From positions 216,690,001 through 216,754,000 of the forward strand of contig OX597814.1 of NCBI GenBank assembly GCA_951406725.2: a stretch of 64,000 nucleotides of DNA. The letters are read 5' to 3'. The DNA comes from Octopus vulgaris (lineage: Eukaryota). A program made the translations under genes and the position numbers. Below the pieces are notes generated by a model, which was not told the origin of the DNA, searched no databases, and saw only the letters and a list, made by a program, of their open reading frames with translations. The stretch's first letter is position 1, and each line of letters begins with the position of its first letter. Shown here piece after piece: positions 12,876 to 24,718 of this stretch.

Positions 12876-13526
12876 ATAATGAGGTGAGAGACCGGTGGGA
12901 GGGGAGAGAGAATGTAGGTGAATTTTTGCGTGAGTGTGTAAGTGTATGTGTAAGTGTGTATTTCTATGTATACGCTTATACATTGGTGTGCTTGCAAGTA
13001 TGTACGCACACTCCTGTTAAATGAAAGAATAACCTCCTGTCTTATTCTCTGGTAAAGCTTTTCGGGCTTTTCAAAGAAAATATATTCAACACAATCAACT
13101 ATTCATAGTGTGGGAAAGTTTGTTTCAAGTCGGGCGAACATAATACAATAAAAGAATGCGTCTAAATGTGCTGCAGACGGTGTCCACATGTTGTTGCATG
13201 TGCGCAGACGAAACTCCTTGGTTCGAAGCGAGAGAATATTGAATAAATAAAAGAATCAATTAGAATGAACTAGAAAGGCACCCGAAGAGCGCTGACCTCT
13301 GCCAAGCAGACCATTTCCACCCATATACACGAATGCCCCCAAATCGCCCAATTTCTCAAACAATCATCGGCAAAAATATAACCTCCTTGGCGGGGGTAAA
13401 AAATAAATTAATACAGCCATATTATTAAAAAAAAAACCCCTTTAAAAACAGGAATCATCTGAAGCAGTTATTATACATCAATGATAATAGCGAGCTAGTT
13501 TAACCATACAACTTGTTTTTTTAAAC

Positions 13527-13903
13527 TTTTTTTACTTGTTTGAGGCATTTGGCTGCGACCATGCTGGAGCACCGCCTTTAGTCAAGCAAATCAATGCCAG
13601 GACATATTCTTTGTAAGAATAGTACTTAATCTATCGGTCACATTTGCTGTTATGGGACCTAAACACACCAGCATCGGTTGTCAAGCGATGTTAGGGGGGA
13701 CAAACACGGACACACAAACACACATATATACACATATATACGACGGGCTTCTTTTAGTTTCCGTCTACCAAATCCACTCACAAGGCTTTGGTCGGCCTGA
13801 GGCTATGGTAGAAGACACTTGCCCAATGTGCCACGCAGTGGGACTGAAACCGGAACCATGTGGTTGGTAAGCAAGCTACTTACCACACAGCCACTCCAGC
13901 GCC
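13527..13903 (-). mobile_element. SINE family A copy
   Basis: Full reverse-complement match to family A. Confidence 0.85.
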
Positions 13904-13944
13904 TAAAAAGAAACAACAATTACCTAAAACTTGAGTGATACACA

Positions 13945-14370
13945 CACAGCCACCACCACCACCACCACAACTATCCAACCACTATCACCACCAGCCACCA
14001 CCACCACCACCACCACCACCACCATATCACATTCACCACCACAACTATCCTACTACAACCACCACCATCAGCAGCAGCATTGTCATGGCTTCCACTTCAA
14101 CCACATACACCGCCATCAACGTTATCATGACGGTTACCTTGACAGTCACTTTTACCACCACAACCTGTATAACCACTGCAATACCATCACCACCACCCGA
14201 CTCACACTGTCATGAACACCACTATTACCACCATCACATCAGCATCGCACAACATACTGCCCCTGTCGCCATTATAACCATCGATACTATTTTATCCTCC
14301 TCCCATCCTTATCTCGACCATCGTCATCATCAACACTGTCTCTGCTTTCACCACCAATCACCGTCAAAAC
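13945..14370. repeat. Degenerate (CAC/CAT)n trinucleotide tract
   Basis: Direct inspection. Confidence 0.85.
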
Positions 14371-15188
14371 TACGATCACCACAATCAGTTTCTTTACACA
14401 GTTGAAAATCCATTTTCCGATACTCATGGGACCGAGATTGTTGCAGATTTTTGGTTTTTCTAATTTCGGAGTGCTTTATTAAAAACAAAATTGCATCTAC
14501 AAAACGGAACAGTTTGAGGATAGAAACCAGGTCTAAACACAATAGATTATAGACATACTCTCAATGTAGTTCTATATAAATATTTAATAATTTTTTTTAT
14601 ACTTAAGACCGTCAGAAATGTTAAGATATCAGCCTCTACCCATGTTGTCACGCTTTGATTAAAAGGTTACAGCATAGATTAGATTACTTAGATAAGTTTC
14701 GGCCAAAGTTGACTCAGGCCATGTCTAATTTAATAGCCCTACCTGGAAAAGATACACAGTCAGCTCTGGGGAACCGTAGCCCATTCAAGCAGAGGGTTAT
14801 TGTTTACAGAGGCATATCTGGGTGTGGGTGGTTTATCTGGTATTTGTTGGGGGTAATCATCTCGGTATCGTTTGAATACCGCGAAGTCACTTTCCTCCTT
14901 TATGTGTATTTGACACGATGTTGAAGAGAGCAGGGCCAGTTGAGGTGAAATAATTCTGTCCTAGTGTTGTGATACGACACGAACATTTCTGTAGTGGGCG
15001 GATGGCACGGGGGCCAAGCCTCGGACGAATTTTTAAGATGGGCAATGTTGATGGAATATTTTCCACATCATACAGATGATATAGAGCTTACAGCGGCCGT
15101 GGAGGGAGCAAAACCTGAGCTTTTTGAGCCGATCCCAATAGTCAAGGCTTGTCATGTCATCCTCCGCAAACCTCCACTAAGCAGCTAA

Positions 15189-15656
15189 GAGTTCAAATTC
15201 CGCCGAGGTTGACTTTGCCTTTAATCCTTTCGGGGCCGATTAAATAAGTACCAGTTGCGCACTGTGGTCGATGTAATCGACTTAATCTGTTTCTCTGTAC
15301 TTGTTTGTCTCCTCTGTGTTTAGCCCCTTGTGGGTAGTAAAGAAATAGGTATTTCGTCTGCCGTTACGTTCTGAGTTCAAATTCCGCCGAGGTTGACTTT
15401 GCCTTTCATCCTTTCGGCGTCGATAAATTAAGTACCAGTTACGCACTGGGGTCGATATAATCGACTTAATCCGTTTGTCTATCTTTATTTGTCCTCTCTG
15501 TGTTTAGCCCCTTGTGGATAGTAAAGAGATAGTTATTTCGTCAACCCTTAAGTTCTGAGTTCAAATTCCGCCGAGGTCGACTTTGCCTTTCATCCTTTCT
15601 GTGTTGATAAATTAAATACCAGTTGCGTACTGGGGTCGATCTAATCGACTGGCCCC
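15189..15656 (+). mobile_element. Three tandem partial SINE family B units; the last is split by the LTR element and resumes at 19784-19829
   Basis: GAGTTCAAATTCCGCCGAGGT recurs at ~15189, 15373 and 15557; CGACTGGCCCC|CTCACCCAAAATTTCGGGCCTTGTGCC matches the uninterrupted copy at ~35148-35186. Confidence 0.88.
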
Positions 15657-15909
15657 TGTGGGATGACGTCAGCAGCTAGGGAGCTGACCGGAAGAGGAAG
15701 TGTGCAGGAGTGACGCGCGCGCAGGCAAGGGACAATCGGGGTAACCGACAGTGCTGGATGTGTGAGCGCTTCGACAAGGTAAGGAAAAAGCAGCTGCTAT
15801 TTTTAGAGTTCGGATCGGGCCACGTGGACGGGTGCGTTACCACCGGGGAGGTCTGCGTTGTCGAAGAGAAGGTTGGTGTCTTTACTTCAAATTCCCCGCT
15901 TACACCACA
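15657..15909 (+). repeat. 5' LTR (253 bp)
   Basis: Starts TGTGGGATGACGTCAGCAGCT and ends CCGCTTACACCACA; both termini shared with 19521-19778. Confidence 0.88.
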
Positions 15910-15944
15910 AGCTATTTCGGCACTCCACATAAGTCGTCACCACG

Positions 15945-18900
15945 ATGACAGCTAAAATCAGAATCGCCAGCGACGTTATCAGACCTTCTAATGGTGAGGG
16001 CGATGTAGTGGCCTGGATGCGTAAAATTAGGCTTGTGGCGAGACTGCAGGGCATTAGCGATGTAGTGAGCCTTATGGCACTCTGTTTGGAAGGGAGCGCG
16101 TTGACTCTATACCTCGAAATGGACGAAGAAGAACGTCTGAGCTAAGAGAAGATTGAGCAACGTCTGAGAGAGGCTTAAGCCGAGTGTGAATATACAGCCT
16201 TTGTTAAGCTGGGCACGATTAGATGGACGGGAGAGCAGTTGGATGAATACGCGGCGGAGGTGCGTAGGCTGACCACGCTGATTGTGTTTACAGGAGAAGG
16301 CCTGGAGAGAGCAGCGCGACTGGCGTTCGTAAGTGGGTTCTCTGACGACGTAGAGATTCGACTGCAGCAATTGCCCGGGAGCAAAAGATGGCGCTGAGCG
16401 AACTTGTGACTCACTCCCATGTGTTGACGCGAAACACTGGATGGAAGGCGATAACGATGGCGGTAACGAAGGTGCGTAAAGACGGACGATCGCCGGAGAA
16501 AGACGCGAAGAAGCCTACCGTGCAACGACAGCGGTCGTTCTGAGGCTGGTGTTTAAAATGTCAGGGGTCGCGCATGGTGAGGGAGTGTACACAACCGGAG
16601 CCCGTCTGCTATCGATGCAGGCAGACAGGACACATCGCCCGTGATTGCGACCAGCGAAACGACCGTGGGGAAGTTGCTGCCTCTTGTTCCCCCGCAAACG
16701 AGTAGAGGCGCTTTTAGAAACGCTGCTCTTAATTGATGTCGAGGTCGAGGGAAAGACGTTCAAGACCTTCGTAGATACGGGTTTCACGACCACCCTCGTG
16801 ACTTCAAGGGTGACGAAGAAATGGAATGGGACAAGTAGCGTCCGGGCGGTCGACGGCAGCGAAATCCGTTGCAAAGGCAGCAGCAAGGTAGAGATAGTGG
16901 TGCGATGCGCGACGCTAAGACTGCAGGTAATTGTGGTTGAACGCGGGATAGACGGGATTGATGTGGTGATGGGGATGGACGCTATCAACCGCCTCGGTGG
17001 CGTCAGTATTGTAGGAGATGAGATCACGTTCGGAAGTGTGGGGGTGTCGTGCGCTGTGAGTCAGGCTCGCCATAGAAAGCAGAGCCCCGCGAGGGACTGC
17101 GCCACTTACACCATCGAGGACAAGGATTTTCAGGCGGTATTCGATGGTCAGCGGTGGACGATAGAGTGGCGATGGAAAGACGAGCTCCCGATGCTGAAGA
17201 ACAGGGTGAGCTGCTACCAGCGTACCCTGAAAGGTCACGCCAGGGTCGAGTTCGAAGACGAGATAGAGAGGTGTATCGAGGAAGGAGTCCTTGCCCCGTG
17301 GGAGGAGGAGGTAGTGGGTGGAGTGCTACCTCTTAGATGGTGGTGCAGCCGACGAAGGGAAAAGTCAGACTAGTGCTGGACTTTAGAGAGCTAAACGCGC
17401 ATATATCGTGCCACACGGGAGGCGAGGCAACTGACGTTTGTGGCGAGACGTTATGTGTGTGGAGACAGTCGATCAAGGCAGCGACGATTGTCGACTGGAA
17501 ATCGGCATACTTGCAGCCCCATGTGAGCGACAAACTGTGGCGATATCAGCTGGTGCGGTACAAGGGCCGGACGTACTGTTTAACCAGGTTGGGTTTCGGA
17601 CTGAATTCCGCTCCGAAGATCATGGCGGCAGTGCTTAAGTCCGTCCTAGGGAAGGAGGACAAGATTAGAAAGGCCACCAGTTCCTACATAGACGACATTT
17701 TGGTGGACAAAACTGTAGTGCCAGTCAACGAGGTAGTGAGACTCTGGAGAAGTTCGGACTGATTGCGAAGCCACCGGAGTCGATGAAAGGGGGAGATGCA
17801 CTGGGGCTGAGGCTGCGAAGAGATAGATCGAGAGAGTTGGTGTCCCGGATAGGAAATGAAATCCCAGAGCTGAGTTCCAGCGTCAGCAGGAGAGCGCTGT
17901 TCTCGGTGTGTGGGAAGTTGGTCGGTGACTACCCGATCGCTGGATAGCTGCACACAGCATACAGTAACATCAAGAGATGAGCAGAGGGGGGAGTTGGGAT
18001 GACAAGGTGGGAGAAGGGACGGTGGCGATGATGCGGGAGATCCTAGAACGAGAAAACCCGTTCAGGGGGAACTGGTATGTGCCCAAGCCGGAATGCGGGA
18101 CCGTCTGGTGTGCTGCTAGCAGTATAGCGATAGGGGTTGTGTTGGAGATCGAAGACGTTGAGGTGGAGGTCGCGGCCTGGCTTCGGAAAGTAGACGACTT
18201 TAACCACACCAATGTCGCCGTATTAGACTCGGTGCTGAAGGGGGTGAACTTTGACCTGAAAAGGGGGCTGCACTTAATCAAAATCCGGATGGATTCGGCC
18301 ACTATGCTTGGCTGGGTAGGATCGGTGATCACCGGTGAGAGGAGAGTTCGGATGAAAAGTACCGCGGAGATGTTGGTGAAGCGACGTCTAGGAGTTCTAG
18401 GAGAATTGATTGCCGAATTCAAACTGAAGCTGAACGTGGTTTTCGTGCCTTCGGAGAAAAACAGGGCGGACGCACTGACCAGGGTGAAAATGGCGTGGTT
18501 GGAGGAGCCGGAGGAGGCACAGAAAGGGACAGCTGCGGCGTGTCGGTTGGGTGACTCCGAACTGAAGAGACTGCACGCTTTGCCTCACTTAGGTGTGGAC
18601 AGGATCCAATATCTTGCGAAGATGATTGAAGCTGACGTCACTAGGAGAAGCATCCGGAAAGTGGTCGGAAACCGCGACAAATGTCAGTCCATTGACCCTG
18701 CTTCGTGTGGGCATGAGCAAGGAAACCTTTCGGTGGAGCACAACTGGAAGTGACTTGCTGTAGTTGTGACGCATTAGCGACAGGGAATGTATCTCTCTGG
18801 TCGACTGCAGGCCGGGCTAGCTGGCCATTTGGAGGGAGTTGAGGACGGGCATTGCTGACGAGATTGCGCAGATTTTGAACGGGATATTTTTAGAGAGAGG

Positions 18901-19489
18901 GCCCGTGGAAGAACTGCTAATGGCCAACGGGGCGGCGTTTCGTTCGGAAGCATTGAGGGTTATGCTCGGACGGTGGAAAGTGCGTCGCTTGTTCAGAGCA
19001 GCGTATAGGCCGAACAGTAACGGAATCGTGGAGAGACACCATCGGACAGTCCAGATCATAGCGAAAAGAGGACACATTTCGCCGCTGGAAGCAGTTTTCT
19101 GGTACAACATGTCTCCCCGATCGAGAAAAGCTGAAAAATCTGTGCCAAACAGAGCGCTATTTAAATACGAATGGAGGCATCCGAGTAAAGCACCGGAGTG
19201 TCACGAAGAAGAGAAGGGACCCGCCTGCGTGAAAATAGGGGAGAAAGTCTGGGTTAAGCCTCCGAAGATGCGCTGTACATCTGAATGAAGCAGAGGAATG
19301 GTGACGGCGGTCAATTTCAGAAACAACGTCTCCGTGGATGGAATGCCGCGACATGTCTTGGACCTTCGCAGGATTGTCGCTTCGTCGGATGACGATTGTG
19401 GAGAGGAGGAGAACGAAGTGCCTTGCCCGAGAAGATCTCGACGCGCAAAGCGCCCTCCCGGTTGGATAGTGGACTTCGACGTGGAGTAG
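15945..19489 (+). pseudogene. gag-pol pseudogene of the LTR element
   Basis: Fragments 15945-16145 (gag), 16645-17373 (protease/RT start), 17337-17762 (RT, LGFGLNSAP, YIDD), 17977-18753 (RNase H, integrase Zn finger), 18839-19489 (integrase core and C-terminus). Expected catalytic Asp residues appear as Ala (WCAASS, LMANG). Confidence 0.9.
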
Positions 19490-19520
19490 AGAGAATGTGA
19501 TCCTTAAGATCAGAGTGGCG

Positions 19521-19778
19521 TGTGGGATGACGTCAGCAGCTGGGAAGCTGACCAGAACTTGGGAGCTGACCTGAAGAAGAAGGGCACAGGGGCCTTTTCG
19601 ATCGGGGTAGCCGACAGTGCTGGACTTGTGAGCACTTCGACAAAGTAAGGGAAAAGTATGTCTTGCTTTTCTGCTGGGATGAGAACTTGAGTTATTCCTT
19701 GCCAGTCACGTATCAACAGGAACTGATCCAGTCTTTTGCACTGGAGCCAATCACAGAGAACCTTCCGCATACACCACA
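19521..19778 (+). repeat. 3' LTR (258 bp)
   Basis: Starts TGTGGGATGACGTCAGCAGCT after a purine-rich AGAGTGGCG and ends CCGCATACACCACA followed by the TSD. Confidence 0.88.
19657..19764 (-). pseudogene. DARS2: Captured fragment of mitochondrial aspartyl-tRNA synthetase (anticodon-binding OB fold) inside the 3' LTR
   Basis: Minus strand reads KVLCDWLQCKRLDQFLLIRDWQGITQVLIPAEKQDI, which aligns to human DARS2 as recalled ([34 protein letters not shown]) with about 15/33 identities; recognition from memory, not a search. Confidence 0.8.
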
Positions 19779-21504
19779 GCCCCCTCACCCAAAATTTCGG
19801 GCCTTGTGCCTAGAATAGAAAAGAATATTGAAGATGACGTAAGCATTGAGATAAAGAATGATTGTTTGCGGGAATAGGAGATACGGGGAAAATATATTCA
19901 CACGGTGTGTGGGAATGCTGGATAACATCGGCATACATATACACTGCAACACACACACACACACACATCCTTTAATCAAACATATACACACAGCAATATA
20001 CACATCCACCAACAGAGACACTACAACAAAGACATTCAAACAAAGATATGCACAAATATGTCTAAGTAACACCCACACATATATAAACGTCCTTCTGCTA
20101 CATTATATATAAACCAACGACATTTGGGAGTCTCATAATTCTCTCTGCTGTTTCAACGAACAGAACTCGCAAGACGTTAAACGGACATCAGGCTGATATT
20201 GAAACCTAAATATTATTGTATTTACACATTTACATCGTTAAACATTCACTACAACAATTTCAAACATAAATATACTTTTCTATTGAACTTTATTTTAATT
20301 TCATACAGTATTTTACTGACAAGAAACTGCTAAAACCTCTGGTAACAAAACATTTCATTTATTTCGTTTTGGGATTTGGTTTGCAAGATTCTTTATGTGT
20401 TTTTCGTGTGTTGAAGCATATTCTGTTGTGTCTGGGGAGAGTCATTCTCTTTTGGGTGACTTATAATTTAACAAACTCACCTGTAAAATTTCCACTTATT
20501 TCTTTTTTATTTTTCCAAACTTTTCGTTCCGTCCAGCAACCTTTTCAATAGTTTTTACTCTCTCTTTCATTTACATTTCCAGAATATAATATAAAATCTA
20601 ATTTGTTTATAACTATATAAAATGATGGAAATTAGACGAAAGAAAATGTTCCTTTATTTCGTTTTTGGATTTGGTTTGCAAGATTCTTTATGTGAGTTTG
20701 TGTGTTAAAGCATATTCTGTTGCGCTTGGAGTGAGTCATCCTTTTTTAGTGCCTTATAATTTCACCGGTGAGTTTGTTAAATTATAAGGCACTAAAAGAG
20801 AATGACTCTCCCCAGATACCACATAATGGTCCTCTAATCATCCAGCATTTTAGTTAGTCTATGATGGATTCCCAATTCACAAATGAGATTTAGAATTTGT
20901 AAATCAGTTTTATAGCTTAAAAATTAATTGGTTGTTTTTTTCATAAATTTCATTTCCGTAATGTTTGTCAGTTGAGAAAGCCCCTGCCTATAACCCTTGT
21001 TTTTTTTTTACCTGGGTCTTCGAGAGTGGCGAGTGGGAGGAAGACAGTCCCAAAACACGAGACCCAACACGAATATATAAACAGAAAAAATTCTATGCTA
21101 AAAGGAATCCAGGATCATGTGATCCTGTTAAAATAGGTGATAGCTTAATCGACTTATCTCGTCCCCTGAAATTACCGGCCTTGTGCCAAAATTTGAAACA
21201 AATATTTAATCTTGAATTTAAATGTAATAGTTCTGGTAATTAAAGAAGGATTGTGTGAATATAAAATGGTTTCGTGACAGCATATAGCTTTTAATCACCA
21301 TATACACATACATACACACGCATATATGTTTATCCCATGTTAACATGTTAATCTTTTAATGTGGAATGCATTAAATATGTTTTCTCTTCTTGAATATTAT
21401 TTATCAGATGGATGGCTTCTGGCAATTATTTCAAAATGTCTGGAATTATTATAAACTTTAATTATAACTAACAACGGAGACTATAAACTGCTACATGAAC
21501 TAAA

Positions 21505-21811
21505 CATTTATTTGTTCCTTCTCGAGCAATGCCTGACTCATAAGGGCCAGTTTCCCGGTTTCCTTGGCGTAGAGGTTCCCCACCTGGACTGGATTCCGGT
21601 CCGTCGCAGGTGAGCTTCAAGATGCAGGAGGAAAAAGTGAGAGAAAGTTGTGGCGAAAGAGTCAGCAGAAGTTGGCCATTACCTTCTGCCGGAGCCGCGT
21701 GGAGCTTAGGTGTTTCGCTCATAAACACACACACATCACCCGGTCTGAGATTCGAACCCACGATCCCTCGACCGCGAGTTCGCTGCTCTAACCACTATGC
21801 TATGCGCCTCC
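21505..21811 (-). mobile_element. tRNA-derived SINE family C copy
   Basis: Reverse head GGAGGCGCATAGCATAGTGGTTAGAGC...GGTTCGAATC; related to 25454-25760 and 31745-32000. Confidence 0.8.
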
Positions 21812-22103
21812 TTGAACTAAACATGTTAGGCAATGAGTGTTTGCGGGAGAGTCATGGCTGGAGTTGCTAGATAAGAATTAAGTTAAACCCTGACAGTAGG
21901 AAACGTAAATTTTATATATTTTGAACACATGTAATTGCCATATTTCAAATATATTTCATGCTTACAAAAACTATTTTAATGCTTAAATATTTCAACTTAA
22001 TAAGGTGGTGAGGTGGGAGTAACAACTGGACTTGTGTCAAATTTGAACCAGTTTTGCAACTTTATTTAAATATTTGAACCAGTTTTGCAACTTTATTTAA
22101 ATA

Positions 22104-22354
22104 TTGGGTTGGTGCATAATTATTGCGGCGTTTTTTCAACAAATTTTATTCTACAAAAACAATAGAAGTATTTATCAAAAACATCTTTAAATGACGGTCT
22201 GACCGTCTGCCAAGCAAATGAGAAGCAGTAATTGAAGTAGATGGTGAATATGCTCCGGAATAATCATTTAAAGATGTTTTTGTTAAATATCGCTATTGTT
22301 TTTGTTGAATAAAATTTGTTGAAAAAACGCCGCAATAATTATGCACCAACCCAA
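22104..22354. mobile_element. Mariner-derived MITE-like palindrome
   Basis: TA-flanked ~90-bp inverted repeats starting TTGGGTTGGTGCATAATTATTGCGGCG; centre reads DRLPSK*EAVIEVDGEY, like a mariner transposase C-terminus. Confidence 0.8.
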
Positions 22355-22598
22355 TATTTATAAAGTTGAAAAACTGGTTCAAATTTGACACAAGTCCAGC
22401 TGTTACTCCCACCTCCCTACCTTATTAAGTTGAAATATTAAAACATTAAAATAGTTTTTATAAGCAGGAAATATAATTGAAATATATAATAGATAAACTT
22501 AGATATGTTTCGACCAAAGATTGGTCCAGGCCATGTCTAACCTTATAGCACCACCTGGTAAATATATGCTTATAGATTGCATTTGTTATATATTATAT

Positions 22599-22799
22599 CA
22601 GTGGTTTTCAACCAGGGTTCCGCCAGTACAGTCCAGGGGTTCCGCAAGAAGTTACAAAACTGCTAAAATCAGCAGTAATTTTTAATTCTCCTGTGCAGAT
22701 ATGTGTGCATAAGACAATTAAATTATTACACAGGGGTTCCTCGAGCCAGTGGAATGTTTCCTTGGGGTTCCGCTCCAGCAAAAATGTTGAAAAGCACTG
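22599..22799. mobile_element. hAT-type MITE (201 bp)
   Basis: TIRs CAGTGGTTTTCAAC / GTTGAAAAGCACTG and a perfect 8-bp TSD TATTATAT (22591-22598, 22800-22807). Confidence 0.88.
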
Positions 22800-23127
22800 T
22801 ATTATATATTCGAAAAATAAAATGAATAGAAATAGATTTTCTCGTTAGGAAAAGTGACTGATAGGAGATCCTCGCTGTATCAGGACAATTAGCCTCTAGG
22901 ACAATTACTCCACTTGGTTATTTACCCCTTCTCCAATATATTAAGAAGTTTTAAATAATCATCTGATGTCCTCAGGAGTGATTGTCCTAGCAAGGGGGAG
23001 GTGGTGGTTATTGTCCAGGGGGGTGAGTAAATATCCTAGACTCATTATTTGCTTAAGAGCGATCATCAGACTGATGTTTTAGAGTTTATTATTCATTGTT
23101 TAATTAGGGGGTATTTAATTACCAACT

Positions 23128-23287
23128 AGGAGTGGCTGTGTGGTAAGTAGTTTACTTACGAACCACATGGGTCCGGGTTCATTCCCACTGCGTGGCACCT
23201 CGAGCAAGTGTCTTCTACTATAGCCTCGGGCCGACCAAAGCCTTGTGAGTGGATTTGGTAGACGGAAACTGAAAGAGGCCCGTCGTA

Positions 23288-23338
<51 letters not shown>

Positions 23339-23558
23339 GTGTGTGTTTGTGTATGCTTGTGTGTCTGTGTTTGTCCCCTCCAACATCACTTGGCAATCGA
23401 TGCTGGTGTGTTTACGTCCCCGTAACTTAGCGGTTCGGTAAAAGATTTCGACAGAATAAGTACTAGGCTTACAAAGAATAAGTCCTGGGGTCGATATGCT
23501 CGACTAAAGGTGGTGCTCCATCATGGCCACAGTCAAATGACTGAAACAAGTAAAAGAG
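23128..23558 (+). mobile_element. SINE family A copy
   Basis: Head, internal (TA)n and tail all present. Confidence 0.88.
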
Positions 23559-23776
23559 TACACGCACACATACAAACACTGACACACACCCACATACACA
23601 CACTCACACACACACACACATATATACCCATACATAAACAGGTATATAAAGAAACGTCTACATACCCGAAAACATGGACCTTACACATACATACACGCAG
23701 AGAAACACTCATACACATACATAAACAGGTATATAAAGAAACGTCTACATACCCGAAAACATGGACCTTACACATA

Positions 23777-24600
23777 CGAGGGGCGTTCAATAAGTAATGC
23801 CCCTGACCCACTTCCCATAGCAGTAGAGCAACGACATTTGGCACAGTTATTAGTCTTTTCCTACATAGGAACTACCCAGAGTTATGCATTTCTCCCATCG
23901 TTTGATACAGCTCTGGAGACCGTTTTTGTAGAAGACCCCAGCTTGGTCCTCCAACCACGACCTGACTTCAGAAATCAAGGCTGCATCATCTGGGAAACGC
24001 TTTCCTTTCAAAATCAACTTCATGGCTGTGAAGAGGTGAAAATCAGAGGGTGCAAGGGGAGGAGTTCATAGCTGCACGCCTGTGCTTCTGATCTGGCGAC
24101 ACGCGAGTTGTGGACCGGAGCGTTGTCCTGCAGGAGGAGGATGCCTTTGCTGATCTTGCCCCGCCTCTTGATTTTGATAGCTTCTCTTAATTTCCTCAAA
24201 AGTGAAGCATAATAGGCTCCTGTAATTGTGGTACCCTTTGCCAGGAAATCTGTCATCACTACTCCGTCCTGGTCCCAGAAGACTGTGAGCATAACCTTGT
24301 CAGCGGAGGGCTGCACCCTTGCCTTCTTTGGAGGGGGTGAGTCACGGTGCCTCGAGCACTCAACGCGTTCTTGCTTCTGGAAAGGTGTGAGCAACCTGGA
24401 AATCCATATGGCAGACACCTTTTGCATATGCAAATGGTCATGAATGATAGTTTCCACAGACCCGGTACTAATCTTGACCTTATGGGCTATTTGGCGAATA
24501 GTTATGCGTTGACCTTCCAAAATGGCAGCCTCAACTTGACGGCAGAAGGGGGCGACCAGATCTGGGAGCTGATTCCACAGAGTTCCGACTATGTTTGAAT
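23777..24600 (-). mobile_element. Truncated mariner transposon
   Basis: TA + TIR CGAGGGGCGTTCAATAAGTAATGCCC; minus ORF with [30 protein letters not shown]; segment carrying the first catalytic Asp is deleted. Confidence 0.9.
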
Positions 24601-24643
24601 TCACAATGCCAGGAATATATGGAGGAATATATATATAGGTATA

Positions 24644-24718
<75 letters not shown>

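Larger units (their letters stand above)
15657..19778 (+). mobile_element. Full-length but decayed Gypsy-type LTR retrotransposon (~4.1 kb)
   Basis: TG...CA ends; 5-bp TSD GCCCC (15652-15656 and 19779-19783); gag from ATG 15945 with a CCHC knuckle CYRCRQTGHIARDC (16607-16648); protease FVDTG; RT with YIDD; RNase H; integrase (HLGVDR, NGIVERHHRT) in PR-RT-RH-IN order; several stops and frameshifts. Confidence 0.93.

Noticed and set aside
19510-19788. A functional minus-strand DARS2 exon
   Set aside because: The fragment lies inside an LTR bounded by a TSD, lacks evident splice sites, has substitutions at conserved residues, and no other DARS2 exons were seen in the window.
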